DNA of 64,000 nucleotides. It comes from Alphaproteobacteria bacterium (GTDB taxonomy: Bacteria; Pseudomonadota; Alphaproteobacteria; Bin95). A program made the position numbers and the translations under genes. The DNA lies in contig CBDBGH010000003.1 of assembly GCA_965205265.1 (NCBI GenBank), positions 2,176,001 through 2,240,000 on the forward strand, written 5' to 3'. The notes under the pieces are model-generated. The model was not told the DNA's origin and searched no databases. It saw only the letters and a list, made by a program, of their open reading frames with translations. This document shows positions 19,548 to 29,397 of this stretch, piece after piece. Within the stretch, counting starts at the first letter, position 1. Every line of letters begins with the position of its first letter.

Positions 19548-20365
19548 GCGCCGCGCATCCGGCCTCGGGACGGGGGCGATTCGGCGAACTCGACCCGAAG
19601 CCGCCGCCCGCCGCCGGCTGCCCAGGCCGCCGTCTGCGCCAGCTTGCGCAGCGCCAACCCCAGCCGGCGGGCCCTGGCGCCGCCGGGACGGGCGGACGGT
19701 CCCTGCCGCGCGGCGCGCGCGGTGGGCTGGATGTCGGAGCCGAACTCCTCGTGCCGCTGCCGGATCATGGTTGGCGCGACCAGGAGGGGCCGGAGTTTTC
19801 GCGCCGCCCGCGATGCGCTTATGTCGAACAGAAAGCGGTCGATGGATATGTCCACCTCGACGCACAGGCCCAACGCGGCCTCGGCGGCTGCACGGTCGAT
19901 CAGGTATCCCGCCGAGCCCCCGGCGAAGCGGAACAGCGGGTAGAGCCGGCGCCCGGCCGGCGTCCGGCCGCGCTCGGGCCCGAGCCAGCGCTTCTTGGCG
20001 CCGGCCGACTCCAGCTTCACCAGCCCGGCGCCGTCGGGCCGCCAGCCGTCGGGGTCGAGCACCGCCGCGATGTCGGCTGCGAAATGCGCATCGTCCTCCG
20101 CGACCAGAGCGGCCGGGTAGGGCGAGGCGAGCAGCGTTTCCCACGCCTTGCAGTGGCTCAGAATGTTCGCCTCCGAGCCCCGGCGCAGGGACTGGAACGG
20201 TCTGTCGAGCGCCACCCGCTTCCGGAGCTCGCGGTCGGGTACGATCCCAGCGTCTATCGCTGCGATCCGCTCAGGCGCCAGGCCGAGTCGGCCCAGGTTT
20301 TCCACTACCGCCTCCCACCGGTCCGGGCGGCGGTCGAGGTTGATGACATAGATCGGCAAGGTCAC
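19421..20365 (-). CDS. Glycosyltransferase family 25 (extended 3' end overlapping the next gene)
   Basis: YVINLDRRPDR, AID, LSH, VAEDDA and GSAGY motifs; GTG start overlaps the upstream TGA. Confidence 0.9.
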   Translation of the reverse strand: MTLPIYVINLDRRPDRWEAVVENLGRLGLAPERIAAIDAGIVPDRELRKRVALDRPFQSLRRGSEANILSHCKAWETLLASPYPAALVAEDDAHFAADIAAVLDPDGWRPDGAGLVKLESAGAKKRWLGPERGRTPAGRRLYPLFRFAGGSAGYLIDRAAAEAALGLCVEVDISIDRFLFDISASRAARKLRPLLVAPTMIRQRHEEFGSDIQPTARAARQGPSARPGGARARRLGLALRKLAQTAAWAAGGGRRLRVEFAESPPSRGRMRGAWPCRSMSSTSTAARTGSGSSPAISAGWASRSSGRRRWTPQR

Positions 20366-21254
20366 TGCCGGCCCTCGGCCTCCCTGCCGCATACCGACGC
20401 CGGTCCTGCCCGCCTCCGTTCGGTCACGGCGCGAAGCACGGCCATCGCCTCGTCGCAATTAGGATCGACAGCGCGGAAATCGGAGGGCCGGCCGAAGCCG
20501 GCGATGTCGAAATCGCCTATAGATCCCTGCGCATAGTGGCGCTTGTAATCCCGGTAGTCGGCCACGCCGGATTTGAGCCGGCGCCGGACTGCCCGGCGGA
20601 GCCGTTGGTAGAGGAAGCGCTCTTTGTAAAGCTCCGCCGGGTTCTTGCGGCCGAATTCACTGCCGGCGAGTTCTCCCGCTTCATCCATGGAGGAGCGGGG
20701 CATGAAGCAAAGATGGAGGCAACGGAAAACCGATTCGCTCCATGTCTCCTGCTTCCAAAGACTGAGTTCGGTTGCGTCGTATCCGGGCTTGAAGACAATT
20801 TTGCCGCCATGCAACCGCTCGTTCCTGCTCTGCCAGCTTTCGATGGCATAGAAATTGTACAGCCTGCAATCCCCGAGTGCCTCCGGTCTGGAATAGCCTG
20901 AAACAACGCCCTCTTCGGCGTGAAAACCCGTAACATTGACCATGTACCCGGTGACCTGCCAGTAGCGGTCGTAGCATCCCGCCAGAAGGCGCCGCCGCAT
21001 TACCGCCAGCCCGGCCGGGTCGTGGATTTCGTCGCCGTCAATGGCGAATACCCATGTCGGCGTGCCGGCGAGCGGCTCCAGATATTTGTGCGTGCGGCGC
21101 GAATGGCGGACATCCATGATCTCGATATGGGGATGAACGCCGGCGACGGCCTCGACGATGCGCCGCGTCCGGTCCTGCGAACGGTTGTCCATGACGATGA
21201 TGCGGTCGCAGAAAGCCGCCGCATTCATCAGCGCCCAGGCCGCGAAATACTCCT
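20362..21254 (-). pseudogene. GT2-like glycosyltransferase, 3' part; interrupted by IS1634 copy 1 and fused in frame to IS-derived ATGs at 21306 / 21279
   Basis: EEYF...DRIIVMDNRSQDRT and WVFAIDGDE (DxD) motifs; visibly lower GC than its neighbours. Confidence 0.85.
21188..21254. repeat. 67-bp target-site duplication of IS1634 copy 1, left copy
   Basis: Identical to 23171-23237. Confidence 0.95.
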
Positions 21255-23170
21255 CCTGACTTCGACGGTTGATTCGCATAAGTAGTTGATATTGCCTGGT
21301 TCTCATTTCGGCTAGGCACTACATCCGGCATTTCTTCGAGCCGTGCTTCGTCGACGGTCAGGCGAGTTGATACGGGGTGATCGTCAGGGGCAGCCCCATG
21401 GTTGCGTAAATCTGCTCCGCCGCCGGTGTCGGCTTCGAGGGGATGACGTAGCGGTTGCCCGATTGCCGACAGCGCAGCAGGGAGCACTGGCGGTGGACGA
21501 GGGCGGAGCGGATGACCTCCGGGGACATCCGCCGCTTCTGGATGGCGACGCGGTACGCAAGGTGTCGAACGCAGGCGAAGGCCAGGAAGGCGATGGCGAT
21601 GTGAGCGCGGATCCGGTCCGGGTTCCAGTGCCAGATGGGACGTATCTTCAGGTCGTGTTTGGTGATCCGGAAGCTCTCCTCGACCTGCCAGAGCCCCTGG
21701 TAGTGAGCCATCACTTCGGTGACGCGCGCGTCGCGCAGATTGGTGATGACGCCGGTGAGCCCGTCCCATCGTGCGGCCTCGGCGATCTTCTCCGGGTTCA
21801 CCGTGAGCCGTGCGTCGCCCTCGACGGCGATGAAGCGCTTCGCCCCGTGATTGGAGAGCAGTTCCCTGGGATTGTCGCTGCGGGCCAGCCTGTCGAGCAG
21901 GCGTTCCACCTGATGGCGGCGCTCGTGCGCGTCCTTGCGTGCGCGCTGGGGGCAGAAGACGACGATCAGGCGACGGCCCTTGTACTCCCACTCGCCGACC
22001 CGGCGGTCCTGTGAGCCCTCCAGCGGGGCATAGGTCCCGGGGTCGAGAACCTGCCCCAGCAGCGCGAGCGGCAGCTTGCGCAGCCGCGCGCCGACGACAT
22101 ACTCGCCGCCGATGGCGTCCATGGCGTCGAGGTTGTCGGCGCTCAGCATGCCCCGGTCGGCCACGCATACCGTGCGCTCCACCTGGTGGCGGCGCTGCAT
22201 GTCCTGCAGGACCGGGACCATGCTGTGTCCCTCGTAGGTGGCGCCGGGGAAGACCTCGTAGCTGATCGGCAGCCCTTCGCGCGTCACCATCAGCGCCAGC
22301 AGAACCTGCGAGTCCTTGTGTTTGCCGTCCTTGCTGAAGCCGTGCTGGCGAAGCTCGTCCTCGGCGGCCGTCTCGAAGTAGAGCGTGGTGCAATCGAAGA
22401 AGAGGATCGCGACCGGCTCCGGCAGCAGCGACCGGCTCGCCTCGCCGACGCGCGTGCGCAGTCGCTCGATCACCGTCGCGTCGAGCTGATCCATCATCCG
22501 GTAGACCTTCTCGAGCGGAAGACTCACGCCGAAGTCCTCCTCGAGCCGGCGCACGCTGCCCCGCTTGCTGTCGGGGTTGGCTACCCGCGCCATCACCACA
22601 TGGAACAGCGCGTCATGGGAGGCCCGGTAGCGCGAGCGCGGCAGCAGCGCGTCGAGGCCCAGCAGCCGGTAGATCTCGCCATAGACCTCGTGGATGCCTG
22701 TGATCAGGCGCTGCTCCTCTTCAAGCTGCTTGAGGTCGACCGGGAGTTCCTCCTTGCCGTCCCCCCGGCGGCCGACACGGATCGCCTGCTCAGCGATCTT
22801 CTCGGGCGCAAACAATGCCGGCTGACGCTCGTCCTCCAGCTTCGCCTTGACGTACTCGCCGAGCTGCCTCAGGCGCTCGAGCTCGTCCTCGTCCATGGCC
22901 ACGCCGACATGGCGGACGATGCGCTGTCGGACCTTGCCGCCGTCGCGCACGGCCTCGACGATCTGGACCGAGCGTCGCGGGCTGTTGGGGGAGGTCTTGA
23001 TGCGCACGAACATGGGGGGAGTGTAGCGCGTGGCGGAGGCATTGACAGTCTCAAAGATTTACTAGGCACTACAACGCAGCTTGACCGCACCGCAACTGCC
23101 AACTCATTGGCTTTACTGAAAACTCCAGACGCGAGATCGGTCAGAAGTCAGCCCAACCGTCGAAGTCAGG
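21255..23170 (-). mobile_element. IS1634-family insertion sequence, copy 1 (1916 bp, intact)
   Basis: 17-bp terminal inverted repeats CCTGACTTCGACGGTTG / CAACCGTCGAAGTCAGG; single DDE transposase; long flanking direct repeat. Confidence 0.93.
21358..23013 (-). CDS. IS1634-family DDE transposase (551 aa)
   Basis: N-terminal VQIVEAVRDGGKVRQR; FFDCTTLYFE, GFSKDG, VADRGM, Y-x2-LWQVEESFR-x2-K and RPIWHW motifs. Confidence 0.93.
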   Translation of the reverse strand: MFVRIKTSPNSPRRSVQIVEAVRDGGKVRQRIVRHVGVAMDEDELERLRQLGEYVKAKLEDERQPALFAPEKIAEQAIRVGRRGDGKEELPVDLKQLEEEQRLITGIHEVYGEIYRLLGLDALLPRSRYRASHDALFHVVMARVANPDSKRGSVRRLEEDFGVSLPLEKVYRMMDQLDATVIERLRTRVGEASRSLLPEPVAILFFDCTTLYFETAAEDELRQHGFSKDGKHKDSQVLLALMVTREGLPISYEVFPGATYEGHSMVPVLQDMQRRHQVERTVCVADRGMLSADNLDAMDAIGGEYVVGARLRKLPLALLGQVLDPGTYAPLEGSQDRRVGEWEYKGRRLIVVFCPQRARKDAHERRHQVERLLDRLARSDNPRELLSNHGAKRFIAVEGDARLTVNPEKIAEAARWDGLTGVITNLRDARVTEVMAHYQGLWQVEESFRITKHDLKIRPIWHWNPDRIRAHIAIAFLAFACVRHLAYRVAIQKRRMSPEVIRSALVHRQCSLLRCRQSGNRYVIPSKPTPAAEQIYATMGLPLTITPYQLA

Positions 23171-23237
23171 TCCATGACGATGATGCGGTCGCAGAAAGCC
23201 GCCGCATTCATCAGCGCCCAGGCCGCGAAATACTCCT
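23171..23237. repeat. 67-bp target-site duplication of IS1634 copy 1, right copy
   Basis: Identical to 21188-21254. Confidence 0.95.
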
Positions 23238-23271
23238 CGTTCCTGAGCAGGCTCACGCCGACAATGCGCAC
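23171..23271 (-). pseudogene. GT2-like glycosyltransferase, 5' part (VRIVGVSLLRNEEYFAAWALMNAAAFCDRIIVMD)
   Basis: Removing the IS and one duplication restores a 308-aa frame; alternative TTG start at 23283 with a GGGAGG site. Confidence 0.85.
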
Positions 23272-23310
23272 ATTCTCTTCCAACGGCCCCCTCCCCCGGT
23301 CGCCGCGCCG

Positions 23311-24093
23311 TTATTCGCCGGCGTTTCGTTTCGGCTTGCCGCCGGAGCGGTAGCCGACCGCCGCCCGCTCCGACTCGCCTTTCACTGTGGCCCCGATCCA
23401 TGCCGTCCTGAGCAACAGGCGGGTCATGCAGCCGGGCTTCCAGAGCTTCCGTCCGTCGATCCGGCTCTCTCCCGTGTCCGAGCCGAACTTCTCGTAGGGC
23501 AGATGGCGGATTGCGCCCGGCGTCATCTGCAGCGGAGCGAGGCTGTGCGCGAGATGCGAGTTGCCGAGATTGAACAGCAGATGGTCTATCGGCATGGGCG
23601 TCGCCGGGGCGGTCTCAAGCACCTCCAGGGCGGCATCGTGGTCGATCAGATATCCGTATGCGCCCAGGTGGTTGTGCATGATCGGCCTCAGCGCGCGGCC
23701 GCTCGGCGTGGCGCCGACGGCGGGGCCCAGCCATATCCGCCTGTCCGGCGCGATCGTGTTTTGCAGTTTCACCAGCCCGTGCCCGCCGGGCCACCATTCC
23801 GGCGACGCGATAAGCGCCGGGACTTCCTCGCCGACCTCGACATCGTCTTCGAGAATGAGCGCGGCGGGCGCGCCGCAATCGACGAGGGCCTGCATCGCCC
23901 TGTAGTGGCTGCGGGCGCAGGCGACATGGCCCGCCCCCATGCTGCGAAGCGCCGCGTCGCCCGCCAGGCTTTCCTTGTCGATTGCCGGGATGCGCACCGC
24001 CTCCATGCCGAGCCGGTCCAGTTGCGCGCGCATGGCCGTCCAGCGGTCCGCCCGGCGGTCGAGATTGATGACATAGACGGGCAGTTGGGCCAT
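23311..24093 (-). CDS. Glycosyltransferase family 25
   Basis: YVINLDRRADR, AID, ACARSH, LILEDDV, GAYGY and PID motifs. Confidence 0.92.
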   Translation of the reverse strand: MAQLPVYVINLDRRADRWTAMRAQLDRLGMEAVRIPAIDKESLAGDAALRSMGAGHVACARSHYRAMQALVDCGAPAALILEDDVEVGEEVPALIASPEWWPGGHGLVKLQNTIAPDRRIWLGPAVGATPSGRALRPIMHNHLGAYGYLIDHDAALEVLETAPATPMPIDHLLFNLGNSHLAHSLAPLQMTPGAIRHLPYEKFGSDTGESRIDGRKLWKPGCMTRLLLRTAWIGATVKGESERAAVGYRSGGKPKRNAGE

Positions 24094-24385
24094 TCCCGCG
24101 CCTCGCTTCGACACAAAGACCCGAAGCTGGCGTCGGGCCGTTGCAAGCAACACGCGGATGCGTAAAGCCCCGCCTATTTGCCAAGCGCGGGGAGCTACCC
24201 CTTGCCGGGTATCAGGCTGTTCTATTCAGCGGGCGGCCCGACAGAGCGGGTGTCCGCGTATTGCTTGCGGGGAGCAGTCTGCGTTTTGAGAAAGCTCAAT
24301 GCAAGGGCGGCATGGGTCGCGCGCTATGGCGGGCGCGGCGGGGATTTGGTATGGGCTGGGGGGTGGATACGGGAGCCCTTCCCTC

Positions 24386-25657
24386 ATGGCCGATTTCTTC
24401 ACCGCGCCGCTGGCCGACGCCGACCCGGACCTCGCCGCCGCCATCGGCGGGGAGCTGGCGCGCCAGCGCGACCAGATCGAGCTGATCGCGTCGGAGAACA
24501 TCGTCTCGCGCGCCGTGCTGGAGGCGCAGGGCTCGGTGCTGACCAACAAATATGCCGAGGGCTACCCGGGCCGGCGCTATTACGGCGGCTGCGAATGGGT
24601 GGACCGCGCGGAGAAGCTCGCCATCGAGCGCGCGAAGCGGCTCTTCGGCGCGGCGCATGTCAATGTCCAACCGCATTCCGGCGCGCAGGCCAACCAGGCG
24701 GCCTTTATGGCGCTCTGCAAGCCGGGCGACACCGTGCTCGGCATGTCCCTTGCCGCCGGCGGCCACCTGACCCACGGCGCGGCGCCCAACCTCTCCGGCA
24801 AGTGGTTCGACGCCGTGCAATACGGCGTGCGCCGCCAGGACAGCCGGATCGACTTCGACGAGGTTGCCCGCCTGGCCGACGAGCGCCGGCCCGCGCTCAT
24901 CATCGCCGGCGGCTCGGCCTATCCGCGCGAGATCGACTTCCGGCTCTTCCGCGAGATCGCGGACGCCTCGGGCGCGAGGTTCATGGTCGATATGGCGCAT
25001 TTCGCCGGGCTGGTGGCGGCGGGCGTGCATCCGAGCCCGCTGCCCTGGGCCGACATCGTCACCACCACCACTCACAAGACCCTGCGCGGCCCGCGCGGCG
25101 GCATGATCCTCACCAATGACGAGAGCCTCGGCCGGCGGATCGACTCGGCGGTGTTCCCCGGCCTCCAGGGCGGACCGCTGATGCACGCCATCGCCGCCAA
25201 GGCGGTCGCCTTCGGCGAGGCGCTGCAGCCCGGATTCCGCGACTATGCCGAGGCCGTGGTCGCCAATGCCCGCGCCCTTGCGGAGACCTTGCAGGAAGGC
25301 GGGCTGGAGATCGTCTCGGGCGGCACGGACACCCATCTCCTGCTGGTGGACCTTCGCCCGCTCGGCCAGACCGGCAATGTCGCGGAGAAGGCGCTGGAGC
25401 GCGCGCGCATCACCTGCAACAAGAACGGCATCCCGTTCGACCCGGAGAAGCCGACCGTGACCTCCGGCCTGCGCCTCGGCTCGCCGGCCGCGACCACGCG
25501 GGGCTTCGACGAGGCGGCGTTCCGGGAGGTCGGGCGGCTCATCGTGGAGGTGCTGAAGGGCGGCGAGGCGGCGGAGGCGCGCGTGGCGGCGAAGGTCGAG
25601 GCGCTGCTGGCGCGCTTCCCGATCTACGGGCCGCGCACGGGGGAGGCAGCGCCATGA
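24386..25657 (+). CDS. glyA: Serine hydroxymethyltransferase
   Basis: [31 protein letters not shown] and [14 protein letters not shown] motifs. Confidence 0.98.
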   Translation: MADFFTAPLADADPDLAAAIGGELARQRDQIELIASENIVSRAVLEAQGSVLTNKYAEGYPGRRYYGGCEWVDRAEKLAIERAKRLFGAAHVNVQPHSGAQANQAAFMALCKPGDTVLGMSLAAGGHLTHGAAPNLSGKWFDAVQYGVRRQDSRIDFDEVARLADERRPALIIAGGSAYPREIDFRLFREIADASGARFMVDMAHFAGLVAAGVHPSPLPWADIVTTTTHKTLRGPRGGMILTNDESLGRRIDSAVFPGLQGGPLMHAIAAKAVAFGEALQPGFRDYAEAVVANARALAETLQEGGLEIVSGGTDTHLLLVDLRPLGQTGNVAEKALERARITCNKNGIPFDPEKPTVTSGLRLGSPAATTRGFDEAAFREVGRLIVEVLKGGEAAEARVAAKVEALLARFPIYGPRTGEAAP

Positions 25658-26130
25658 GGTGCCCGTTCTGCGCCCATGAAGACACGCAGGTGAAGGACAG
25701 CCGGCCGACAGAGGACAACACCGTCATCCGCCGCCGCCGCTCCTGCCCGGCCTGCAATGCGCGCTTCACCACCTTCGAGCGGGTGCAGCTGCGCGACCTC
25801 ACCATCCTCAAGTCCAGCGGCAGGCGCGAGACTTTCGACCGCGACAAGCTGAAGCGCTCCGTGGCGATCGCGCTGCGCAAGCGGCCCGTGAACGACGACC
25901 GGCTGGAGCGCATGATCTCCAGCCTCGTGCGCCAGCTCGAAGCCTCGGGGCAGAGCGAGTTCCCCTCCGACCGGCTCGGCGAAATGGTGATGGAGATGCT
26001 CGCCGACCTCGACCAGGTCGCCTATGTCCGCTTCGCCTCCGTTTACCGCGATTTCCGGGAGGCCAGGGATTTCGAGGAATTTGTCGGACAGCTCGCCGAG
26101 CAGGATGACGACGGACGCTCGCAGCGTTGA
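25654..26130 (+). CDS. nrdR: Transcriptional repressor NrdR
   Basis: [21 protein letters not shown] and [10 protein letters not shown] motifs. Confidence 0.98.
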   Translation: MRCPFCAHEDTQVKDSRPTEDNTVIRRRRSCPACNARFTTFERVQLRDLTILKSSGRRETFDRDKLKRSVAIALRKRPVNDDRLERMISSLVRQLEASGQSEFPSDRLGEMVMEMLADLDQVAYVRFASVYRDFREARDFEEFVGQLAEQDDDGRSQR

Positions 26131-27220
26131 CGAGGCGCATATGGGCGCCGCGCTCGCGCTCGGCCGGCGGGGCCTGGGCAGGGTCTGGCCCAACCCTGCG
26201 GTCGGCTGCGTGATCGCGCACGGGCCCCGCGTCGCCGCGCGGGGCTGGACTCAGCCGGGCGGCCGGCCCCATGCCGAGGCCGAGGCGCTGGCCCGCGCGG
26301 GCGCGGCCGCCAGGGGGGCGGCCTGCTATGTGACGCTGGAGCCGTGCAGCCATCGCGGCCGCACGCCGCCCTGCGCCGACGCGCTCATCGAGGCCGGCGT
26401 CGCCCGCGTCGTCGCCGCAACCGGGGACCCGGACCCGCGCGTCGCCGGACAGGGTTTCGCGCGGCTGGAGGCGGCGGGCATTGCGGTGGAAACGGGCCTC
26501 GGCGAGGCGGAGGCGCGGTTCGACAATGAAGGCTTTCTCACCCGTGTCGGCTCGGGCCGGCCGCTGGTCGCGCTCAAGACCGCAACCACGCTGGACGGCC
26601 GGATCGCGGCGCCGGGCGGCGAGAGCCGCTGGATCACCGGCCCGGCGGCCCGCGCGGCCGCGCACCGGCTCAGGGCAAGCCACGACGCCATCATGGTCGG
26701 CGCCCGCACCGCGCTTCTCGACAATCCGCGCCTCGACTGCCGGCTGGACGGGCTGCGGGACCGCTCGCCGCTCCGCATCGTGGCGGACGGCAGCCTCGGC
26801 CTGCCGCCGACGCACCGTCTGGCCGCCGACGGCCGGCCCTGCTGGGCGCTCTGCCGGGAAGACGCGGACCGGGACCGGGCAAGCCGGCTGGAGGACGCCG
26901 GCGTCCGGCTCATCCGCGTGCCGGCGGGCGGGGACGGGCGGATGGACCTGGCGGCCGGCCTCCGGCGGCTCGGCGAGGCCGGGCTGACCCGCCTGCTGGT
27001 GGAGGGCGGCGGCCTGCTGGCGGCGGCGCTGCTGAAGGCGGACCTCGTGGACCGGATACACTGGTTCCGCGCGCCCGCCGTCATGGGCGGGGACGGCCTG
27101 CCGGCCGTGGCGGCGCTGGACGTGGAGCACCCCGGGGACGCCCCGCGCTTCAGCCTTCACGCCCGGCGCGAGGCCGGCGGCGACACATGGGAGGTCTGGC
27201 GGCGATGTTCACCGGAATAG
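26105..27220 (+). CDS. ribD: Riboflavin biosynthesis deaminase/reductase
   Basis: PNPAVG, HAE, TLEPCSH-x3-TPPC, SRWITG and VEGGG motifs. Confidence 0.96.
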   Translation: MTTDARSVDEAHMGAALALGRRGLGRVWPNPAVGCVIAHGPRVAARGWTQPGGRPHAEAEALARAGAAARGAACYVTLEPCSHRGRTPPCADALIEAGVARVVAATGDPDPRVAGQGFARLEAAGIAVETGLGEAEARFDNEGFLTRVGSGRPLVALKTATTLDGRIAAPGGESRWITGPAARAAAHRLRASHDAIMVGARTALLDNPRLDCRLDGLRDRSPLRIVADGSLGLPPTHRLAADGRPCWALCREDADRDRASRLEDAGVRLIRVPAGGDGRMDLAAGLRRLGEAGLTRLLVEGGGLLAAALLKADLVDRIHWFRAPAVMGGDGLPAVAALDVEHPGDAPRFSLHARREAGGDTWEVWRRCSPE

Positions 27221-27801
27221 TCACCGATATCGGGCGGGTCGAGACAATCGAGCAGCGCGGCGACACCCGCTTCGGGATTGCGACGGCCTGGGACACATCG
27301 GGCATTGCGCTCGGCGCGTCCATCGCGTGCTCCGGGGCCTGCCTCACGGTCGTCGCCGTCAAGCCGGGCGCCTTCGCCGTCGAGGCCTCGGCCGAAACGC
27401 TCGCCTGCACGACGCTCGGCGGCTGGCGGGAGGGAACCGCTGTCAATCTCGAACGCGCGCTTTGCGTCGGCGACGAGCTGGGCGGGCATATCGTCTCCGG
27501 GCATGTGGACGGCGTGGCCGGAACGGTGTCGCGCCGCCCGGAAGGGGACAGCGTGCGCTTCACCTTCGAGGCCCCCGACGCGCTCGCCCGCTTCGTCGCG
27601 TCGAAAGGCTCGGTCGCGCTCGACGGCGTGTCGCTCACGGTCAACGAGGTGGACGGCGCGCGCTTCGGCGTCAACATCATCCCGCACACGCTTTCGCACA
27701 CGACGCTCGGCGCACTTCGGCCCGGCGATGCGGTCAACATGGAAATCGACATGCTGGCGCGCTACCTTGCCCGCCAATTGGAGGAACTGGGCCGTGGCTA
27801 G
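27205..27801 (+). CDS. ribE: Riboflavin synthase
   Basis: MFTGIV, GASIACSGACLTV, VNLERA, GGHIVSGHVD and KGSVALDGVSLTVN motifs. Confidence 0.97.
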   Translation: MFTGIVTDIGRVETIEQRGDTRFGIATAWDTSGIALGASIACSGACLTVVAVKPGAFAVEASAETLACTTLGGWREGTAVNLERALCVGDELGGHIVSGHVDGVAGTVSRRPEGDSVRFTFEAPDALARFVASKGSVALDGVSLTVNEVDGARFGVNIIPHTLSHTTLGALRPGDAVNMEIDMLARYLARQLEELGRG

Positions 27802-28978
27802 CAATCTCGACGGGCTCACGCGGGCGCCGGCGCCGCGCACGACGGACGACCTCGGTTATCTCTCGTCCATCGAGGAGATCATCGAGGAAGCCCGCAACGG
27901 GCGCATGTTCATCCTCGTCGATGACGAGGACCGCGAGAACGAGGGCGACCTCGTGATCCCGGCGCAGATGGCGACGCCGGACGCGATCAACTTCATGGCG
28001 AAATACGGGCGCGGGCTCATCTGCCTGGCGCTGACCCCGGCGCGCGTGAAGGAGCTGCGCCTGCCGCTGATGCCGCGCGAGAACGAGCAGCGCCAGTCCA
28101 CCGCCTTCACCGTGTCCATCGAGGCGAAGGAGGGCGTGACTACCGGCATTTCCGCCCCGGACCGGGCGCGCACCATCGCGGTCGCCATCGACCCGGACCG
28201 GAACGGCAGCGACCTTTCCACGCCGGGCCATGTCTTCCCGCTGGAAGCGCGCGAGGGCGGCGTGCTGGTACGCGCCGGCCACACCGAGGCCGCGGTCGAT
28301 ATCGCGCGCCTTGCGGGACTGAATCCGTCCGGCGTGATCTGCGAGATCATGAACGATGACGGCACCATGGCGCGGCTGCCGGACCTCATCCCCTTCGCGC
28401 AGTTCCACAATCTCAGGATCGGCGCCATCGAGGACCTGATCGCCTGGCGCCGGCGGCAGGACATTCTGGTCGAGCAGGTTATCGAGTCGGAGTTCGAAAG
28501 CCGTTACGGAGGGCATTTCAGGCTCATCATCTACCGCAACAAGATCGACGGCGTGGAACACCAGGTGCTCGTGAAGGGCGAGCTTTCGGGCGACGAGCCG
28601 GTGCTCGTCCGCGCGCACGCCTTCAACATTCTCGAAGACGTGCTGGGCGACCAGCACCGGGGGCGCGGCGGCGAATTGCAACGCTCCATGATGGCCATCG
28701 GCCGGGAAGGCCGGGGCGTGGTGATGCTGCTGCGCGAACGCCACTCGGCGCTGCTCTCGGCGCGGATCAAGGCGGAGCTCGACAGCCGCGAGGCGCGCGG
28801 CCGGCCGCCGCTGCGCGATTACGGCGTCGGCGCGCAGATCCTGCGCGACCTCGGCGTCGTCAACATGATTCTTCTGTCCGACAGCGACCGGCATATCGTC
28901 GGCCTCGACGGCTACGACCTGCATATTGCCGGCCGGCGCCCGATTCCCAAGGAGGAGAGCCTGTGGCCCACATCATGA
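27794..28978 (+). CDS. ribB: 3,4-dihydroxy-2-butanone-4-phosphate synthase fused to a degenerate GTP cyclohydrolase II domain
   Basis: DDEDRENEGD, FTVSIEA, GVTTGISA, PGHVFPL and RAGHTEA motifs; C-terminal domain has RDYGVGAQIL. Confidence 0.95.
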   Translation: MASNLDGLTRAPAPRTTDDLGYLSSIEEIIEEARNGRMFILVDDEDRENEGDLVIPAQMATPDAINFMAKYGRGLICLALTPARVKELRLPLMPRENEQRQSTAFTVSIEAKEGVTTGISAPDRARTIAVAIDPDRNGSDLSTPGHVFPLEAREGGVLVRAGHTEAAVDIARLAGLNPSGVICEIMNDDGTMARLPDLIPFAQFHNLRIGAIEDLIAWRRRQDILVEQVIESEFESRYGGHFRLIIYRNKIDGVEHQVLVKGELSGDEPVLVRAHAFNILEDVLGDQHRGRGGELQRSMMAIGREGRGVVMLLRERHSALLSARIKAELDSREARGRPPLRDYGVGAQILRDLGVVNMILLSDSDRHIVGLDGYDLHIAGRRPIPKEESLWPTS

Positions 28979-29397
28979 TGGTCGTCGCGCCCTATTACGA
29001 GGACATCTGCGACGAGATGATTGCCGGGGCCGGCGCCGTTATCGAGGAAGCCGGCCACAGCTGGGACCGCTACGATGTCGCCGGCGCATTCGAGCTTCCG
29101 GTTGCGATCTCGATTGCGCTCGATTCGCCGAAGCGCTTCGACGGCTTCATCGCCATCGGCTGCGTCATCCGCGGCGAGACGACCCATTACGACCATCTCT
29201 GCGCGGAGGTGAGCCGCGCGCTGCAAACGCTGGCGGTGGAGCGCAAGCTGGCGCTCGGTTTCGGCCTGCTCACCTGCGAGAACGGCGACCAGGCGCGGGT
29301 CCGCGCCAGCGTCTCCGGCAAGAACAAGGGCGCCGAGGCGGCCCATGCCTGCCTCAAGACCATCGTGCTGAAGCAGGCGCTCGGGCGGGCGGATTGA
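28963..29397 (+). CDS. ribH: 6,7-dimethyl-8-ribityllumazine synthase
   Basis: GAFELP, GCVIRGETTHYD and NKGAEAA motifs. Confidence 0.96.
   Translation: MAHIMMVVAPYYEDICDEMIAGAGAVIEEAGHSWDRYDVAGAFELPVAISIALDSPKRFDGFIAIGCVIRGETTHYDHLCAEVSRALQTLAVERKLALGFGLLTCENGDQARVRASVSGKNKGAEAAHACLKTIVLKQALGRAD

Noticed and set aside
24100-24385. ZTP (pfl) riboswitch upstream of glyA, or FMN riboswitch for the rib genes
   Set aside because: The conserved cores were not recognisable; the rib genes are translationally coupled with no leader
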